A stretch of 32,000 nt of DNA from Mycolicibacterium smegmatis (GCF_001457595.1 NZ_LN831039.1:4830001-4862000), one strand, 5' to 3'; positions 1 through 12,267 are shown, counted from the stretch's first letter. The notes: generated by a model from the letters alone, not told the origin. Numbers and translations: made by a program.

Positions 1-3000
1 AGGAGTACTACGACCCCGAGCCAGGGGTGCCCGGCCGCTCCGTGTCGAAGTGGGGTGCCTTCCTCGACGACCCGGCCGCGTTCGACCCGGAGTTCTTCGG
101 CATCACCGAGCGCGAGGCCGCCGCGATCGACCCGCAGCACCGGCTGCTGCTGGAGACCGCGTGGGAGGCCGTCGAGCACTCCGGCCTGAACCCCGCCGGT
201 CTCGCCGGATCGGCCACCGGCGTCTTCATGGGCCTGACCCACAACGACTACGCACACCTTGCTGCCGACGCCAAGGCACTGGAGGGTCCGTACGGCTTCA
301 CCGGCACCAGCTTCAGCCTCGCCTCCGGCCGCATCGCCTACGCACTCGGCGTGCACGGCCCCGCCATCACGGTCGACACGGCGTGCTCGTCCAGCCTCAG
401 CGCCATCCACATGGCCTGCCGCAGCCTGCACAACGGTGAGAGCGACGTCGCGCTGGCCGGCGGTGTGTCGGTGCTGCTGGAACCGCGCAAGGCCGCTGGC
501 GGCTCGGCCGCAGGCATGCTGTCCCCGACCGGCCACTGCCACGCGTTCGACACCGCGGCCGACGGCTTCGTCTCGGCCGAGGGCTGCGTGGTGCTGACCC
601 TCAAGCGACTCGACGACGCCGTCGCAGACGGCGATCGGATCCTCGCCGTCATCCGCGGCACCGCCACCAACCAGGACGGCCGCACGGTCAACATCGCGAC
701 GCCGTCGGCCGATGCGCAGGCCAAGGTCTACCGCATGGCGCTGAAAGCGGCCGGCGTCGAACCCGGCACCGTCGGCCTCGTCGAGGCCCACGGCACCGGC
801 ACGCCCGTCGGCGACCCGCTCGAGTTCTCCAGCCTGGCCGAGGTGTACGGCACAGACGGTCCCTGTGCGTTGGGCTCGATCAAGACCAATTTCGGTCACA
901 CGCAGTCCGCGGCGGGCGCGCTCGGCGTCATGAAGGCCGTACTTGCGCTGCAGCACAACGTCATTCCGCAGAACCTGCACTTCACCCGCCTGCCCGACCA
1001 GATGGCCGAGATCGAGACGGGCCTGTTCGTCCCCGAGACCATCACGCCGTGGCCGGTCCGGGAGGGCCAGCCCCGCCGCGCCGCGGTCTCCGCGTACGGC
1101 CTGTCCGGCACCAACGTGCACGCGGTCCTCGAGCAGGCGCCTGAGAGCCCGGCCGAGACTGCCGCAGAGGCGATTTCACCCAAGGCCGGCAACGCGCTGG
1201 TGTTCCCGGTGTCCGCCAGCTCCGCCGATGCGCTGCGCTCGACGGCACAGCACCTTGCCGACTGGCTGCTGCGAAGCGGGGACGGCAACGGTCGCGGACC
1301 CGCGATCGATCTCGGCGACCTCGCGTACACACTGGCCCGCAGGCGCGGGTTCCGTGCTGCCCGTTCGGCTGTGCTCGCAGGCGACCGCGGCACGCTGGTC
1401 GAGGGGCTGCGGCAGATCGCCGACGGTGAGGCGATGCCACAACATGCCGTGACCAACGACGACCGTGGGCCGGTGTGGGTGTTCTCCGGGCAGGGTTCGC
1501 AGTGGGCCTCGATGGGCGCCGAACTGCTCGACCGGGAACAGGCTTTCGCGGCCGCCATCGCCGAACTGGAACCGCTCATCGCGGCCGAGTCCGACTTCTC
1601 CGTCACCGAGGCCCTGACGGCCTCGGAGACCGTCACCGGCATCGACCGGGTGCAGCCCACCATCTTCGCGGTCCAGGTCGCGCTGGCCGCGGCCATGCGT
1701 TCGCACGGCGTCGTGCCCGGCGCGGTCATCGGTCACTCGATGGGCGAGGTTGCCGCCTCGGTCGTCTCGGGCGCACTCTCACTCGAAGACGGCGTGAAGG
1801 TCATCTGCCGCCGCACGCGCCTGATGACCCGCATCGCGGGCTCGGGCGCCATGGCGATGGTGGAACTCCCAGCCCAGCAGGTGCTTTCCGAACTCGCCAG
1901 CCGCGGCGTCGATGACGTCGTGCTGTCGGTGGTCGCCTCACCGCAGTCGACCGTGGTCGGCGGCGCGACCGCCTCGGTGCGCGAACTGATCGAGATGTGG
2001 GAGTCGCGCGGTGTGATGGCGCGCGAGATCGCCGTCGACGTCGCATCGCACTCGCCGCAGGTCGATCCGATCCTCGACGACCTCATCGAGGCGCTGGCCG
2101 ATCTGGACCCCGCCGAACCGGAGATCCCGTACTACTCGGCGACGCTGTACGACCCACGGGACTACGCCGACTACGACGCCTACTACTGGGCGGACAACCT
2201 GCGTCACACCGTGCGATTCTCGGCGGCGGTCCAGGCTGCGCTCGAGGACGGCCACCGCGTGTTCGCCGAACTGTCGCCGCACCCCCTGCTGACCCACCCC
2301 GTCGAGCAGACGGCCCGCAGCCTCGACATGCCGCTCGCGGTGTTCGCCGCGATGCGCCGCCAGCAGGAGATGCCGCACGGTCTGCTCGGTTTCGTGGCCG
2401 ACCTGCACAGTGCCGGTGCCGCCGTGGACTTCTCGGTCCTCTACCCCACCGGCCGGCTGCTCGACGCCCCGCTGCCGGCGTGGACGCATTCGACGCTGCT
2501 GCTCGACCGCGAACTCGAGTCCTCGGCGCCCGGTGTGCCGTCGGTGTCGGTGCACCCGCTGCTGGGATCGCACGTCGTGCTGCCGCAGGAGCCCGAAGAG
2601 CACCTCTGGCAGGGCGACGTGGGTACCGAGGCGCATCCGTGGCTGTCCGACCACCGGGTCCACCAGGTCGCGGTGCTGCCCGGTGCGGCCTACTGCGAGA
2701 TGGCCCTGGCCGCCGTCACGCCCGTGCTGGGCGACACCGGCGAGGTCCATGATCTGAAGTTCCACGACATGCTGCTGCTCGACGACGCCACCCCGGTGTG
2801 GGTCTCGGCGGCCGTGACCGCCCCCGGCACCGCCGAATTCGGTGTCGAGACGCACCAGTCGGGTGATCGCACCCAGCGTGCGACCGCGGTGCTGCGTGGC
2901 GATGTCGACGCCGAACGGCCCGCCGCGCACTCGATCGATGCCCTCCTCGCCGCACACCCCAACCGGGTGGACGGCGACGAACTGCGTGCCGGTTTCGGCA

Positions 3001-6000
3001 CCGTCGGCATCGGGCACGGCGCGGCCTTCGCCGGCCTGTCCGAGGCCTATGTCGCGACCGCGGCCGAACCCACCGTCGTTGCCGCAGTGGCCCTTCCGGG
3101 CCCGCTGCGGTCCGGACAGCGCGGTTACACGGTGCACCCGGCACTGCTCGACGCGTGCTTCCAGTCGGTGATCGCCCACCCCGAGGTCCAGAACATCGCC
3201 AGTGGCATGTTGCTGCCGCTCGGTGTGCGCAGGCTGCGGGCGTATGGGTCCACCCGCAACGTGCGGTACTGCCTGAGCCGCATCGTGAAGGCCGACAGCT
3301 TCGGTGTCGAGGCCGATCTCGAACTGCTCGACGCCGACGGCACCGTGCTGCTGAGCGCGATGGGTCTGCAACTCGGCACGGGCAATTCGGACAAGGCCGA
3401 AGAAGAGCGCCTGCTCGACGAGCGCCTGCTCACCATCGAGTGGCAGCAGCGCGAACTTCCCCGCCCCGAGGGCTCGGAGACGGTCGACGCCGGCTCGTGG
3501 CTGGTGATCCTCGCCGGAGACGATGACGAGAACCCGCGCGCAGCAGGTGTTGTCAGCGCGCTGATCGGTGCGGGCATGCCCACGACCACCATGGCGTGGT
3601 CGCACGATGCCGACCACGACGCACAGGCCGCGGCACTCACCGCGCGCCTCGACGAGCAGCCGCTCGCAGGCGTTGCGGTCATCGTGGGAGACAGCGAGAC
3701 CGGCACCGACGCACACGACGTGGGAGCCGACGCTCGCCGTGGCGCCGACCACGTGCGTCATCTGGTGCGCATCGCGCGTACGTTGGCCGACGCCGTGGGC
3801 GAGCCGCCACGTCTGTACGTCGTGACCCACCGCAGCCAGCACGTGCTCGACACCGACGAGCCGTACCTGGAGCACTCCGGTCTGCGCGGCCTGATCCGGG
3901 TGGTCGGCATGGAGCATCCGCGGTTGCGCGCCACCCAGATCGACGTCGACGACAGCACCGCCCACGAGGCCCTGGTACGCCAGCTGCTGTCCGGATCGCC
4001 CGAGGACGAGACCGCGTGGCGTGACGGACAGTGGTACGCCGCACGGCTGTGCCCGTCGCCGCTGCGCGCGGCCGAGCGTCGTACCGCGGTGGCCGACAAC
4101 GCTTCGGAAGGCATGCGACTGGTGGTCCGCAACCCGGGCGACCTGGAGTCCATGGAGCTGGTGACGTTCGAACGTGGCACGCCGGGACCGGGGCAGATCG
4201 AGGTTGCGGTCAAGGCGTCGAGCATCAACTTCGCCGACGTCCTCGTCGCGTTCGGCCGGTGCCCCAGCTTTGACGGCCGCCTGCCCGAGCTGGGATCGGA
4301 GTTCGGTGGCGTCGTCACCGCGGTCGGGCCCGGCGTCACGACGCACCGCGTCGGCGACCGCGTCGGCGGTGTTTCGGCCAACGGTTGCTGGAGCAACTTC
4401 GTGACATGTGAGGCCGATCTGGCCACCAAGCTGCCCGAGGGCATCAGCGAACACGAAGCCGCCGCAGTCGGTTTGGCGTACGGCACGGTGTGGCTGGGCC
4501 TGACGGAGCTCGCGCGCATGTCGGCAGGCGACAAGATCCTGATCCACTCCGCCACCGGTGGTGTGGGCCAGGCCGCGATCGCCGTGGCACGTGCGGCCGG
4601 AGCCGAGATCTACGCGACGGCTGGCAGTGAGAAGCGCCGCCAACTGCTGCGCGACTGGGGCATCGAGCACGTCTACGACTCGCGCACCACCGCCTTCGCC
4701 GACCAGATTCGCACCGACACAGACGGTTACGGCGTCGACATCGTGCTGAACTCGGTGACCGGACCCGCGCAGCGGGCCGGCCTGGAACTGCTCGCGTTCG
4801 GTGGGCGTTTCGTCGAGATCGGCAAGCGCGACATCTACGCCGACACCCGCCTGGGGCTGTTCCCGTTCCGTCGCAACCTGTCGTTCTACGCCGTCGACCT
4901 CGCGCTGATGACCGTGACGCATCCGCAGAAGATCCGGGATCTGCTCGCGACGGTCTACCGCCTGATCGCCGACGGCACACTGCCGTTGCCCGAGATCACG
5001 CACTACCCGCTCGAAGAGGCCGCGACCGCGATCCGCATCATGGGCGGTGCACAGCACACCGGCAAGCTCGTGATCGACATCCCGGACACGGGTCAGAGCC
5101 AGGTCGTGGTGCCGCCCGAGCAGGTCCCGGTGTTCCGCGGCGACGGCGCCTACGTGATCACCGGCGGTCTCGGTGGCCTCGGCCTGTTCCTCGCCGAACG
5201 GATGGCCGCCGCGGGATGCGGGCGCATCGTGGTCAATTCGCGTAGCGCTCCGTCGACACGGTCCAGCGAGATCATCGAGCTGATCCGTGCCACGGGCGCC
5301 GACATCGTGGTCGAGTGCGGCGACATCGCCGAGCCCGACACCGCGCGCAGGCTCGTCGCGGCGGCGACCCAGACGGGTCTTCCGCTACGCGGCGTGCTGC
5401 ACGCCGCGGCGGTGGTCGAGGACGCCACGCTCGCCAACATCACCGATGAACTCGTCGAGCACGACTGGGCACCGAAGGTGTACGGCGCGTGGAACCTGCA
5501 CCAGGCCGTGCAGTCCGGCGGACCTGCGACCTCCGAGCTCGACTGGTTCTGCGCGTTCTCCTCGGCCGCGGCCCTGGTGGGCTCGCCCGGTCAGGGTGCG
5601 TACGCCGCGGCGAACAGCTGGCTGGACGCCTTCATGCAGTGGCGACGGGCCCAGGGCCTGCCCGCGACGTCGATCGCCTGGGGTGCCTGGGGTGAGATCG
5701 GCCGCGGCACGGCAATGGCCGAGGGCGACAACGCGATCGCGCCCGACGAGGGTGCGTACGCGTTCGAGGCGATCCTGCGCCACGACCGCGTGTACAACGG
5801 CTACGCCCCGGTTCTCGGTGCGTCATGGCTGACCGCGTTCGCGCAGCGCAGCCCGTTCGCCGAGCTGTTCCTGGCCGATACGCAAGGCGCCTCGGAGACC
5901 AGGAAACTGCGTTCCGAACTCGCCGCGCTGCCCCGTGAGGAATGGCCGACACACCTGCGCCGGCTGATCGCCGAACAGGTCGGCCTGCTGCTGCGCCGCA

Positions 6001-6188
6001 CGGTGGACCCCGACCGTCCGCTGTCCGAGTACGGTCTGGATTCGTTGGGACACCTGGAACTTCGTACCCGAATCGAAACCGAGACCGGTGTCCGCGTCAG
6101 TGCGATGGACATGACGACCATCAGGGGTCTGGCACAACGGTTGTGCGAGATGCTCGACACCGACGACGCCGTGTCGGCCCCGTCGTGA
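1..6188 (+). CDS. pks5: Pks5/Mas-like iterative type I polyketide synthase, 5'-truncated by window edge (reading frame open from base 3)
   Basis: Continuous frame through the left edge ([17 protein letters not shown]...). KS motif [13 protein letters not shown] and KS histidines ([22 protein letters not shown]); AT GHSMGE...[11 protein letters not shown]; [27 protein letters not shown]; [20 protein letters not shown]; [23 protein letters not shown]; C-terminal [33 protein letters not shown] order is that of mycobacterial Mas/Pks5 enzymes. Gene symbol is inferred from domain order and neighbours. Confidence 0.9.
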   Translation, partial: EYYDPEPGVPGRSVSKWGAFLDDPAAFDPEFFGITEREAAAIDPQHRLLLETAWEAVEHSGLNPAGLAGSATGVFMGLTHNDYAHLAADAKALEGPYGFTGTSFSLASGRIAYALGVHGPAITVDTACSSSLSAIHMACRSLHNGESDVALAGGVSVLLEPRKAAGGSAAGMLSPTGHCHAFDTAADGFVSAEGCVVLTLKRLDDAVADGDRILAVIRGTATNQDGRTVNIATPSADAQAKVYRMALKAAGVEPGTVGLVEAHGTGTPVGDPLEFSSLAEVYGTDGPCALGSIKTNFGHTQSAAGALGVMKAVLALQHNVIPQNLHFTRLPDQMAEIETGLFVPETITPWPVREGQPRRAAVSAYGLSGTNVHAVLEQAPESPAETAAEAISPKAGNALVFPVSASSADALRSTAQHLADWLLRSGDGNGRGPAIDLGDLAYTLARRRGFRAARSAVLAGDRGTLVEGLRQIADGEAMPQHAVTNDDRGPVWVFSGQGSQWASMGAELLDREQAFAAAIAELEPLIAAESDFSVTEALTASETVTGIDRVQPTIFAVQVALAAAMRSHGVVPGAVIGHSMGEVAASVVSGALSLEDGVKVICRRTRLMTRIAGSGAMAMVELPAQQVLSELASRGVDDVVLSVVASPQSTVVGGATASVRELIEMWESRGVMAREIAVDVASHSPQVDPILDDLIEALADLDPAEPEIPYYSATLYDPRDYADYDAYYWADNLRHTVRFSAAVQAALEDGHRVFAELSPHPLLTHPVEQTARSLDMPLAVFAAMRRQQEMPHGLLGFVADLHSAGAAVDFSVLYPTGRLLDAPLPAWTHSTLLLDRELESSAPGVPSVSVHPLLGSHVVLPQEPEEHLWQGDVGTEAHPWLSDHRVHQVAVLPGAAYCEMALAAVTPVLGDTGEVHDLKFHDMLLLDDATPVWVSAAVTAPGTAEFGVETHQSGDRTQRATAVLRGDVDAERPAAHSIDALLAAHPNRVDGDELRAGFGTVGIGHGAAFAGLSEAYVATAAEPTVVAAVALPGPLRSGQRGYTVHPALLDACFQSVIAHPEVQNIASGMLLPLGVRRLRAYGSTRNVRYCLSRIVKADSFGVEADLELLDADGTVLLSAMGLQLGTGNSDKAEEERLLDERLLTIEWQQRELPRPEGSETVDAGSWLVILAGDDDENPRAAGVVSALIGAGMPTTTMAWSHDADHDAQAAALTARLDEQPLAGVAVIVGDSETGTDAHDVGADARRGADHVRHLVRIARTLADAVGEPPRLYVVTHRSQHVLDTDEPYLEHSGLRGLIRVVGMEHPRLRATQIDVDDSTAHEALVRQLLSGSPEDETAWRDGQWYAARLCPSPLRAAERRTAVADNASEGMRLVVRNPGDLESMELVTFERGTPGPGQIEVAVKASSINFADVLVAFGRCPSFDGRLPELGSEFGGVVTAVGPGVTTHRVGDRVGGVSANGCWSNFVTCEADLATKLPEGISEHEAAAVGLAYGTVWLGLTELARMSAGDKILIHSATGGVGQAAIAVARAAGAEIYATAGSEKRRQLLRDWGIEHVYDSRTTAFADQIRTDTDGYGVDIVLNSVTGPAQRAGLELLAFGGRFVEIGKRDIYADTRLGLFPFRRNLSFYAVDLALMTVTHPQKIRDLLATVYRLIADGTLPLPEITHYPLEEAATAIRIMGGAQHTGKLVIDIPDTGQSQVVVPPEQVPVFRGDGAYVITGGLGGLGLFLAERMAAAGCGRIVVNSRSAPSTRSSEIIELIRATGADIVVECGDIAEPDTARRLVAAATQTGLPLRGVLHAAAVVEDATLANITDELVEHDWAPKVYGAWNLHQAVQSGGPATSELDWFCAFSSAAALVGSPGQGAYAAANSWLDAFMQWRRAQGLPATSIAWGAWGEIGRGTAMAEGDNAIAPDEGAYAFEAILRHDRVYNGYAPVLGASWLTAFAQRSPFAELFLADTQGASETRKLRSELAALPREEWPTHLRRLIAEQVGLLLRRTVDPDRPLSEYGLDSLGHLELRTRIETETGVRVSAMDMTTIRGLAQRLCEMLDTDDAVSAPS

Positions 6189-6245
6189 TCGAAATCCTCA
6201 GTACATCAACCGCAACCGGCAGTCATCGAAGGGAGGAGTAGAACC

Positions 6246-7688
6246 ATGTTCGAGCTGACCGACATCCAGAACTGGGACGACGCTCCTGGCAAACATGTGT
6301 CGTGGGGCCCCTCCCCGAGCACGGTGGCGAAGGTAGCCGAGGCCCCGGTGAGCGATGTGCCCGCGAGCTATCAGCAGGCCCAGCATCTGCGCGCGTACCG
6401 CGAGCACACCGCTCGCGGCGTGCCGATGGCACGGCTCACCGTTCCGGTGTGGAACATGGACGGCCAGTGCGACATGCGGGCGATGTCCCATGTGATCAAC
6501 GCGTATCTGCGCCGGCACGACACCTACCACAGCCGTTTCGAGTTCACCGTCGACGACCGGATCGTGCGGCGAAAGTTACGCAGCCCGCGGGATCTTCGTT
6601 TCGTGCCCACCGATCACGGTGTGCAGACGTGCGACCAGTGGCGTGAGCACATCCTGGACACCCCGGGGCCGCTGCAGTGGGACTGCTTCCGCTTCGGGAT
6701 CATCCAGCGCGCCGATCACTTCACGTGTTACATGAGCGTGGACCACGTGCACGTGGACGCGACGTTCCTCGGGTTGATGCTCATCGAGATCCACCTGATG
6801 TACGCGGCGCTGGTGAGCGGCGGCGCCCCGATCACGTTGCCGCCCGCGGGCAGCTACGACGACTACTGCGTGCGGCAGCGCAAGTACACCTCGGGGCTGA
6901 CGCTGGACTCTCCCGAAATCAAGGAGTGGGTGACCTTCCTTGAGGGCAACAACGGCACCATGCCCAAGTTCCCCCTGCCGCTCGGCGACCTGTCGGTGCC
7001 GTGCACCGGTGATCTGATGACGGTCCAACTGCTCGACGAACCCCAGACGCAGGGCTTTGAAAAGGCTTGCCTCGCCGCGGGTTCACGGTTCATCGGTGGG
7101 GTCTTCGCCACCGCCGCGCTGGCCCAGTACCAGCTGACCGATATCGACACCTACCACGTCATCACGCCGACGACGACCCGTGGGACCGAGGCCGAGGTCA
7201 TGGCAACCGGATGGTTCACCGGCACCGTGCCGATCACGGTTCCGGTCGGATCGTCGTTCGCCGAGACGGCCCGCACCGCACAGCGCTCGTTCGATTCGGG
7301 TCTGTACCTCGCGCACGTCCCGTTCGACCGCGTGCTCGAGCTGGGCGCGACCGAACGTGGCCTGCGGGCCCCGGATCCGGGCGTGCCGATGGTGTCGTAT
7401 CTCGACGCCACCGCGGCCCCGCTCTCGCCCGCCGTCGTCGCCGAATGGAACCGGATCAACGGGCGGATCTTCAGCGAGATGGGTGCGGCCAACCAGGTCG
7501 GCATGTGGGTGAACCAGTTCGGCAGCGGTACGTGGATCACGGTGGCGTTCCCGAACAATCCCGTTGCCCGCGCCTCGGTGCAGGAGTACGTCGACGCATT
7601 CCGGTCGGTGTGCGTCGCGGTGGCCGAGGGACGCCACGACGACGTGCCCACCACGCGTGTCAACGAGCTCGATCTCAGATCAGCGTGA
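6246..7688 (+). CDS. PapA-family (polyketide-associated) acyltransferase, condensation-domain superfamily, PapA1/2/3-like
   Basis: 480-aa ORF with strong RBS (gggaggag) upstream of ATG. HxxxD catalytic motif in SVDHVHVDATFLG. Located directly downstream of the PKS. Confidence 0.88.
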   Translation: MFELTDIQNWDDAPGKHVSWGPSPSTVAKVAEAPVSDVPASYQQAQHLRAYREHTARGVPMARLTVPVWNMDGQCDMRAMSHVINAYLRRHDTYHSRFEFTVDDRIVRRKLRSPRDLRFVPTDHGVQTCDQWREHILDTPGPLQWDCFRFGIIQRADHFTCYMSVDHVHVDATFLGLMLIEIHLMYAALVSGGAPITLPPAGSYDDYCVRQRKYTSGLTLDSPEIKEWVTFLEGNNGTMPKFPLPLGDLSVPCTGDLMTVQLLDEPQTQGFEKACLAAGSRFIGGVFATAALAQYQLTDIDTYHVITPTTTRGTEAEVMATGWFTGTVPITVPVGSSFAETARTAQRSFDSGLYLAHVPFDRVLELGATERGLRAPDPGVPMVSYLDATAAPLSPAVVAEWNRINGRIFSEMGAANQVGMWVNQFGSGTWITVAFPNNPVARASVQEYVDAFRSVCVAVAEGRHDDVPTTRVNELDLRSA

Positions 7689-7705
7689 GGTTCGGCGATT
7701 CCAGC

Positions 7706-9073
7706 ATGACACCATCGACAACGCCTGCCACCGTCGCCACGGACGACCGGCTCTCCCACACCGACCAGCTGCTCTTCCTCGGGCAGCGCGCCACCGGCCA
7801 GGAACTGGTCGCACAGTGCGTGTGGGTGTACGAACGTCCGGTCGAGATCGACAAGTTGCGGGAATTTCACCGCAACTTCGGTCACGGCCTGGCCGGTCGG
7901 CTCATCGAGCGCTCACCGCTGCCGTTCGGCAGACACCGCTGGGTTGCCGCCCCCGGACCTGCCGCACCGCTCGACTTCGCCGAACAGCCCCGTCCCCGAG
8001 AAGAACTGGGCGACTGGGCCGACGCGCGTGCGCAGCTTCCGATCGATCCTGAGGTCGGACCCGGCTGGCACATGGGTGTCCTATCCATGACCGACGGCTC
8101 GACCGCGGTGAGCCTGGTGATCTCGCACTGCCTGATCGACGGACTCGGCACCCTGCAGACGATCGCCGACGCCGTCAAGGGTGAAACCGTCGACTTCGGT
8201 TACGCCGCACCCGGTTCGCGCGGCAGGCTGCAGGCCGTGCTCGCCGATCTGCGGCAGACCGCGCGTGATCTGCCGCAGACCGCCGCCACCCTGGTGCGCG
8301 CCGGCCGGCTCGCGATCCGGCGGCGACACGAGGTCGCGTTGTCCGCCAAACCGCGGCGCGACTTCGGGCCGGACGGCCGCAGCGACGTCGTCGCGCCCGC
8401 GATCGCGTGCTACGTGCCCCTCGAAGAGTGGGACCTGCGCGCGGCGGCACTCGGCGGGAACAGCCACTCGCTGGTCGCCGCGTTCGCCGCCAAACTCGGT
8501 GAGCTCATGGGCCGTCGGCGCAGTGACGACGGCACGGTGCTGCTGCACGTGCCGATCAGCGACCGCGCACCCGGGGACACCAGAGGCAACGCGGCCTACA
8601 TCGTCAACGCGCACCTGGACCCCACCGACGTCACCAAGGATCTGTCCGGTGCGCGCTCGGCCATCCGGCAGGCCCTCGAGGCCTACCGGCAGGAACCCGA
8701 CGAGACACTGCAATTGCTGCCGCTCACCCCGTTCATCCCGCAGCGGGCGGTGGCACGCGGCTCTCAGGTGGTCCTGAACCTGACCGACCTGCCGGTGTCG
8801 TGCTCGAACCTCGGCGACATCGACCCGCTGGTGTCCCGGATCGACGGCGCCGCAGCCGAATACCTCATCCTGCGCGGCGTCGACCGCCGTGTCTCGCGCG
8901 AGTTCCTGGAGAACCGCAACGGATTGCTGACCGTTCTGGCCGGACGCGTCGACGACAAGATGTCGATCTCCGTCATCGGCTACCGGCCCGGCGGGCCGAA
9001 CGACAAGGCACAACTGCGGGAGCTGGTCGCCAAGGCGCTCACAGAGTTCGATCTCGTCGGCACGATCGCCTGA
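7706..9073 (+). CDS. PapA-like acyltransferase (condensation-domain superfamily)
   Basis: The track ORF begins at 7067 but overlaps the previous CDS. The sensible start is ATG at 7706 (MTPSTTPATVATDDRLSHTDQLLFLGQRATG). HxxxD motif SHCLIDG. Strong similarity to the next ORF (FHRNFGHGLAGRLIERSPLPFGRHRWV). Confidence 0.85.
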   Translation: MTPSTTPATVATDDRLSHTDQLLFLGQRATGQELVAQCVWVYERPVEIDKLREFHRNFGHGLAGRLIERSPLPFGRHRWVAAPGPAAPLDFAEQPRPREELGDWADARAQLPIDPEVGPGWHMGVLSMTDGSTAVSLVISHCLIDGLGTLQTIADAVKGETVDFGYAAPGSRGRLQAVLADLRQTARDLPQTAATLVRAGRLAIRRRHEVALSAKPRRDFGPDGRSDVVAPAIACYVPLEEWDLRAAALGGNSHSLVAAFAAKLGELMGRRRSDDGTVLLHVPISDRAPGDTRGNAAYIVNAHLDPTDVTKDLSGARSAIRQALEAYRQEPDETLQLLPLTPFIPQRAVARGSQVVLNLTDLPVSCSNLGDIDPLVSRIDGAAAEYLILRGVDRRVSREFLENRNGLLTVLAGRVDDKMSISVIGYRPGGPNDKAQLRELVAKALTEFDLVGTIA

Positions 9074-9110
9074 CCGGGGCGAAGTTGTTGCTGTGGTAGG
9101 AGGTTGATCG

Positions 9111-10517
9111 TTGGCGATACAGACTCGCCCCGAACGGGCACGTGCTCGCATGCTGAACTCGGCCGCGACACCGGACAACCGGCTGTCGTTCATCGACCAG
9201 GCCGGGTTCGACATGTTGCGTGCGACCGGTCGCCATCAACTGATGCAGGTGCTCTGGATCTACGAGCACGCCATCGACATGGACGGTCTGCGGCAGTTCC
9301 ACCGCAACTTCGGCTACGGCCTCGCCGGGCGCAGGATCGAGCGGTCACGGTTGCCGTTCGGCCGCCACCGGTGGGTCTCGTGCCCGGGTCCGCAGACCGA
9401 ACTCGCCGTCGCCACCACTGCACGCCCGCGCGCCGACGTCAGCGACTGGGCCGACGAACAGGTACACCTGCCCGTCGATCCCGAACACGGACCGGCATGG
9501 CACATGTCGGTGCTGCCGATGACCGACGGCTCCACGGCCGTGAGCCTGGTGGCGTCACACCACATCGGTGACGGGATCGGCGGGGTGCTGACGCTGATGG
9601 AGGCCGTCGCAGGAACCAAGCGCCAGTTCGGGTTTCCGCTGCCGCGAGCACAGACAGCACGCCGCGCAGTCGCCGCCGACCTGCGCCAGACCGCACGCGA
9701 TCTGCCCGAACTCGGCCGCACAGCGGGCAAGGCCGTCAGACTGCTGCGCCGGCGCGGCGCCGAGTTGCTGCGCTCCGCGCGCGCAGAAAACGAGAGCGCT
9801 CCGCGGACGCTGTCCACCGAACCGGTGTCGGTGCCCGCGGTTTCGGTGTTCGTCGACCTCGACGCTTGGGACCGCTGCGCAACGGGTCTCGGCGGCAACA
9901 GCTACTCGCTGCTGGCCGGTTTCGGCGCGAGGCTCGGTGAGCGGATGAACCGCGCGAATGCCCGAAGCGGCACCGTGACGCTGTCCATCGCACTCAACGA
10001 GCGCACATCGCTGGACGATTCACGCGCGCTGGCGATGACCTTCGCAAGCGCGAGCATCGATCCGCGGCAGTGCACATCCGATCTGACCGGCGTGCGCGCG
10101 ACCATCCGCGAGGCGATCGAGACCGCGCGGACGACCACTGACGAGACTCTCGAACTGCTCCCCCTGATCCCCTTGGTTCCCAAGCGGGCGCTGCAGGGTC
10201 TGGGCGGGCTGTTCTTCGGATCTCCCGACGACCTGCCGGTCTACTGCTCGAATCTCGGCGACGTGGATCCCGCGGTGGGGCGCGCCGACGGAACGGACGC
10301 CGAGTACGTGGTGATGCGCGGCGTCGACCAGAACGTCACGCGACGCGACATCGAGTCGATGGGTGGACAACTCGTCCTGGTGTCGGCACGCGTCAACGGC
10401 AAGATCTCGATCGGCATCGTCGCCTATCAGCTCGATGCCCAGAACTCCAAGACCCGGTTACGCGAACTTGCAGCACTGACGCTCAAGGACTTCGGACTCG
10501 CCGGCGTGATCGAATAG
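9111..10517 (+). CDS. PapA-like acyltransferase, paralogue of the preceding CDS
   Basis: TTG start at 9111 preceded by taggagg; HxxxD motif SHHIGDG; shared FHRNFGYGLAGRRIERSRLPFGRHRWV block. An ATG at 9150 is an alternative start. Confidence 0.83.
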   Translation: MAIQTRPERARARMLNSAATPDNRLSFIDQAGFDMLRATGRHQLMQVLWIYEHAIDMDGLRQFHRNFGYGLAGRRIERSRLPFGRHRWVSCPGPQTELAVATTARPRADVSDWADEQVHLPVDPEHGPAWHMSVLPMTDGSTAVSLVASHHIGDGIGGVLTLMEAVAGTKRQFGFPLPRAQTARRAVAADLRQTARDLPELGRTAGKAVRLLRRRGAELLRSARAENESAPRTLSTEPVSVPAVSVFVDLDAWDRCATGLGGNSYSLLAGFGARLGERMNRANARSGTVTLSIALNERTSLDDSRALAMTFASASIDPRQCTSDLTGVRATIREAIETARTTTDETLELLPLIPLVPKRALQGLGGLFFGSPDDLPVYCSNLGDVDPAVGRADGTDAEYVVMRGVDQNVTRRDIESMGGQLVLVSARVNGKISIGIVAYQLDAQNSKTRLRELAALTLKDFGLAGVIE

Positions 10518-10533
10518 GAAAGGTGACACCCCC

Positions 10534-12267
10534 ATGACCCGCAGTTCTGTCATAGGTGTTCTGCGCGAGCGAGCGAGCCTGCAACCCGGCGACGTCGCAT
10601 TCACGTTCATCGACTACGACACCGACCCCGAGGGCGTCGCGCACACCCTCACGTGGTCGCAGCTGAATCGTCGCGTGCAGAGCCTGGCATACGAGATGCA
10701 GGCGCGCAGCGCAGTCGGCGACCGTGCCGTGATCCTCGCGCCGCAGGGCCTCGACTACGTCGTGGCGTTCCTCGCGTCGTTGCAGGCCGGGAGGATCGGC
10801 GTCCCGCTGTCGGTGCCATTCCCCGGTGTCCACGACGAACGTGTCACCGCGGTCCTGCGCGACACCGCGCCTTCGATCGTGCTCACCACGTCGGCGGTGT
10901 CCTCGCACATCGCCGAATATCTCGAACCGCAGGCGGGTCAGGCCGCGCCGTGGATCGCCGAGATCGACACGCTCGACCTCGACACCCGGCGTCGCCCGGT
11001 CAAGCGCGAGCAGGCGCCGGAAACCGCCTACCTGCAGTACACCTCGGGCTCCACGCGGACACCGGCCGGCGTCATGGTGTCGCACCGCAACCTGACGGCG
11101 AACTTCGAACAGGTCGTCGCCGGCTTCTTCCCCGACAACATCGCGCCGTCGGACACCACCTCGATCTCGTGGCTGCCGCTGTATCACGACATGGGACTCA
11201 TGCTGGGCCTGTGCGCACCGGTCCTCGGCGGCTGGCACACCGTGCTCATCAGCCCGTTCGCGTTCCTGGCCAAGCCCGCTCGATGGATGCAGCTTCTGGC
11301 GACCCACCCGGCCACTGTGACCGCGGCCCCCAACTTCGCGTTCGACCTCGCGGCGAGGAAGACCTCGGACGCCGACCTCACCGGGATGGACCTCGGTGAC
11401 GTGCGGTGCGTGCTCAGCGGCAGCGAGCGGGTCCACGAGCCGACGCTGCGTCGGTTCTCCGACCGCTTCGCCGCGTTCAACCTCCACGAGCAGGCGCTGC
11501 GCCCCTCGTACGGTCTGGCCGAGGCCACCTTGTTCGTCGCGACGCGTGAAACGGGGCACCCGCCGAAGGTCGCCCGGTTCGCCGCGCAGGAGCTCTCCGA
11601 CGGCCGTGCCGTACCGTGCGACGACGAAAACGGCACCGCGCTGGTGAGTTACGGCATGCCCGAGTCGCCGACGGTGCGCATCGTGGATCCGCAGACCCGG
11701 GCCGAATGCCCGACGGGAATCGTCGGCGAGATCTGGGTGCACGGCGAGAACGTGTGCGCGGGTTACTGGGAGCAGTCCGAACGCACCGAGACGACGTTCG
11801 GCGCGTCGATCGACAGTCCGTCCTCGGGGACGCCGACCGGGCCGTGGCTGCGGACCGGCGACCTCGGGTTCGTCTCGGGCGGTGAACTGTTCATCGTCGG
11901 TCGCATCAAGGACGTCGTGATCATCCGCGGGCGCAACCACTACCCCGATGACATCGAGGCCACCGTGCAGGAGATCACGCGTGCCCGGGCCGCGGCGATC
12001 TCGGTGGACAGGGACGACGCCGAGCACCTGGTGGTCATCGCCGAGGTGCGGGAGAACCAGAATCCCGACGTGAGCCCCGCCGAGTACCTGGCCGACCTCG
12101 AAGGTGAAGTGGTGGCAGCGGTTTCCCGCTCACACGGCATCATCCCGGCCGACCTGGTGCTGGTGCGCCGCGGGGCGATTCCCATCACCACCAGCGGTAA
12201 GGTGCGCCGCGCGTCGTGCGCGGAGCAGTACCGTGACGACACGTTCGCCCGCCTCGTCCACGCGTAG
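10534..12267 (+). CDS. Long-chain fatty-acyl-AMP ligase (FAAL/FadD family)
   Basis: 577 aa. Adenylation core YLQYTSGSTRTPAGVMVSHRNL, WLPLYHDMGLMLG, LRTGDLGFVSGGELFIVGRIKDVVIIRGRNHYPDDIE. The pairing with a PKS and PapA proteins is typical of mycobacterial FAALs. Confidence 0.92.
   Translation: MTRSSVIGVLRERASLQPGDVAFTFIDYDTDPEGVAHTLTWSQLNRRVQSLAYEMQARSAVGDRAVILAPQGLDYVVAFLASLQAGRIGVPLSVPFPGVHDERVTAVLRDTAPSIVLTTSAVSSHIAEYLEPQAGQAAPWIAEIDTLDLDTRRRPVKREQAPETAYLQYTSGSTRTPAGVMVSHRNLTANFEQVVAGFFPDNIAPSDTTSISWLPLYHDMGLMLGLCAPVLGGWHTVLISPFAFLAKPARWMQLLATHPATVTAAPNFAFDLAARKTSDADLTGMDLGDVRCVLSGSERVHEPTLRRFSDRFAAFNLHEQALRPSYGLAEATLFVATRETGHPPKVARFAAQELSDGRAVPCDDENGTALVSYGMPESPTVRIVDPQTRAECPTGIVGEIWVHGENVCAGYWEQSERTETTFGASIDSPSSGTPTGPWLRTGDLGFVSGGELFIVGRIKDVVIIRGRNHYPDDIEATVQEITRARAAAISVDRDDAEHLVVIAEVRENQNPDVSPAEYLADLEGEVVAAVSRSHGIIPADLVLVRRGAIPITTSGKVRRASCAEQYRDDTFARLVHA

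Noticed and set aside
1938-5057. 1039-aa reverse-strand ORF antisense to the PKS
   Set aside because: Shadow ORF typical of high-GC genes. It lies wholly opposite a well-supported PKS and its product is low-complexity His/Arg/Asp-rich.
7067-7705. N-terminal extension of the 668-aa ORF upstream of the second PapA-like gene
   Set aside because: Overlaps the previous CDS out of frame and is Arg/His-rich. Real homology starts near MTPSTTPATVATDD at 7706.
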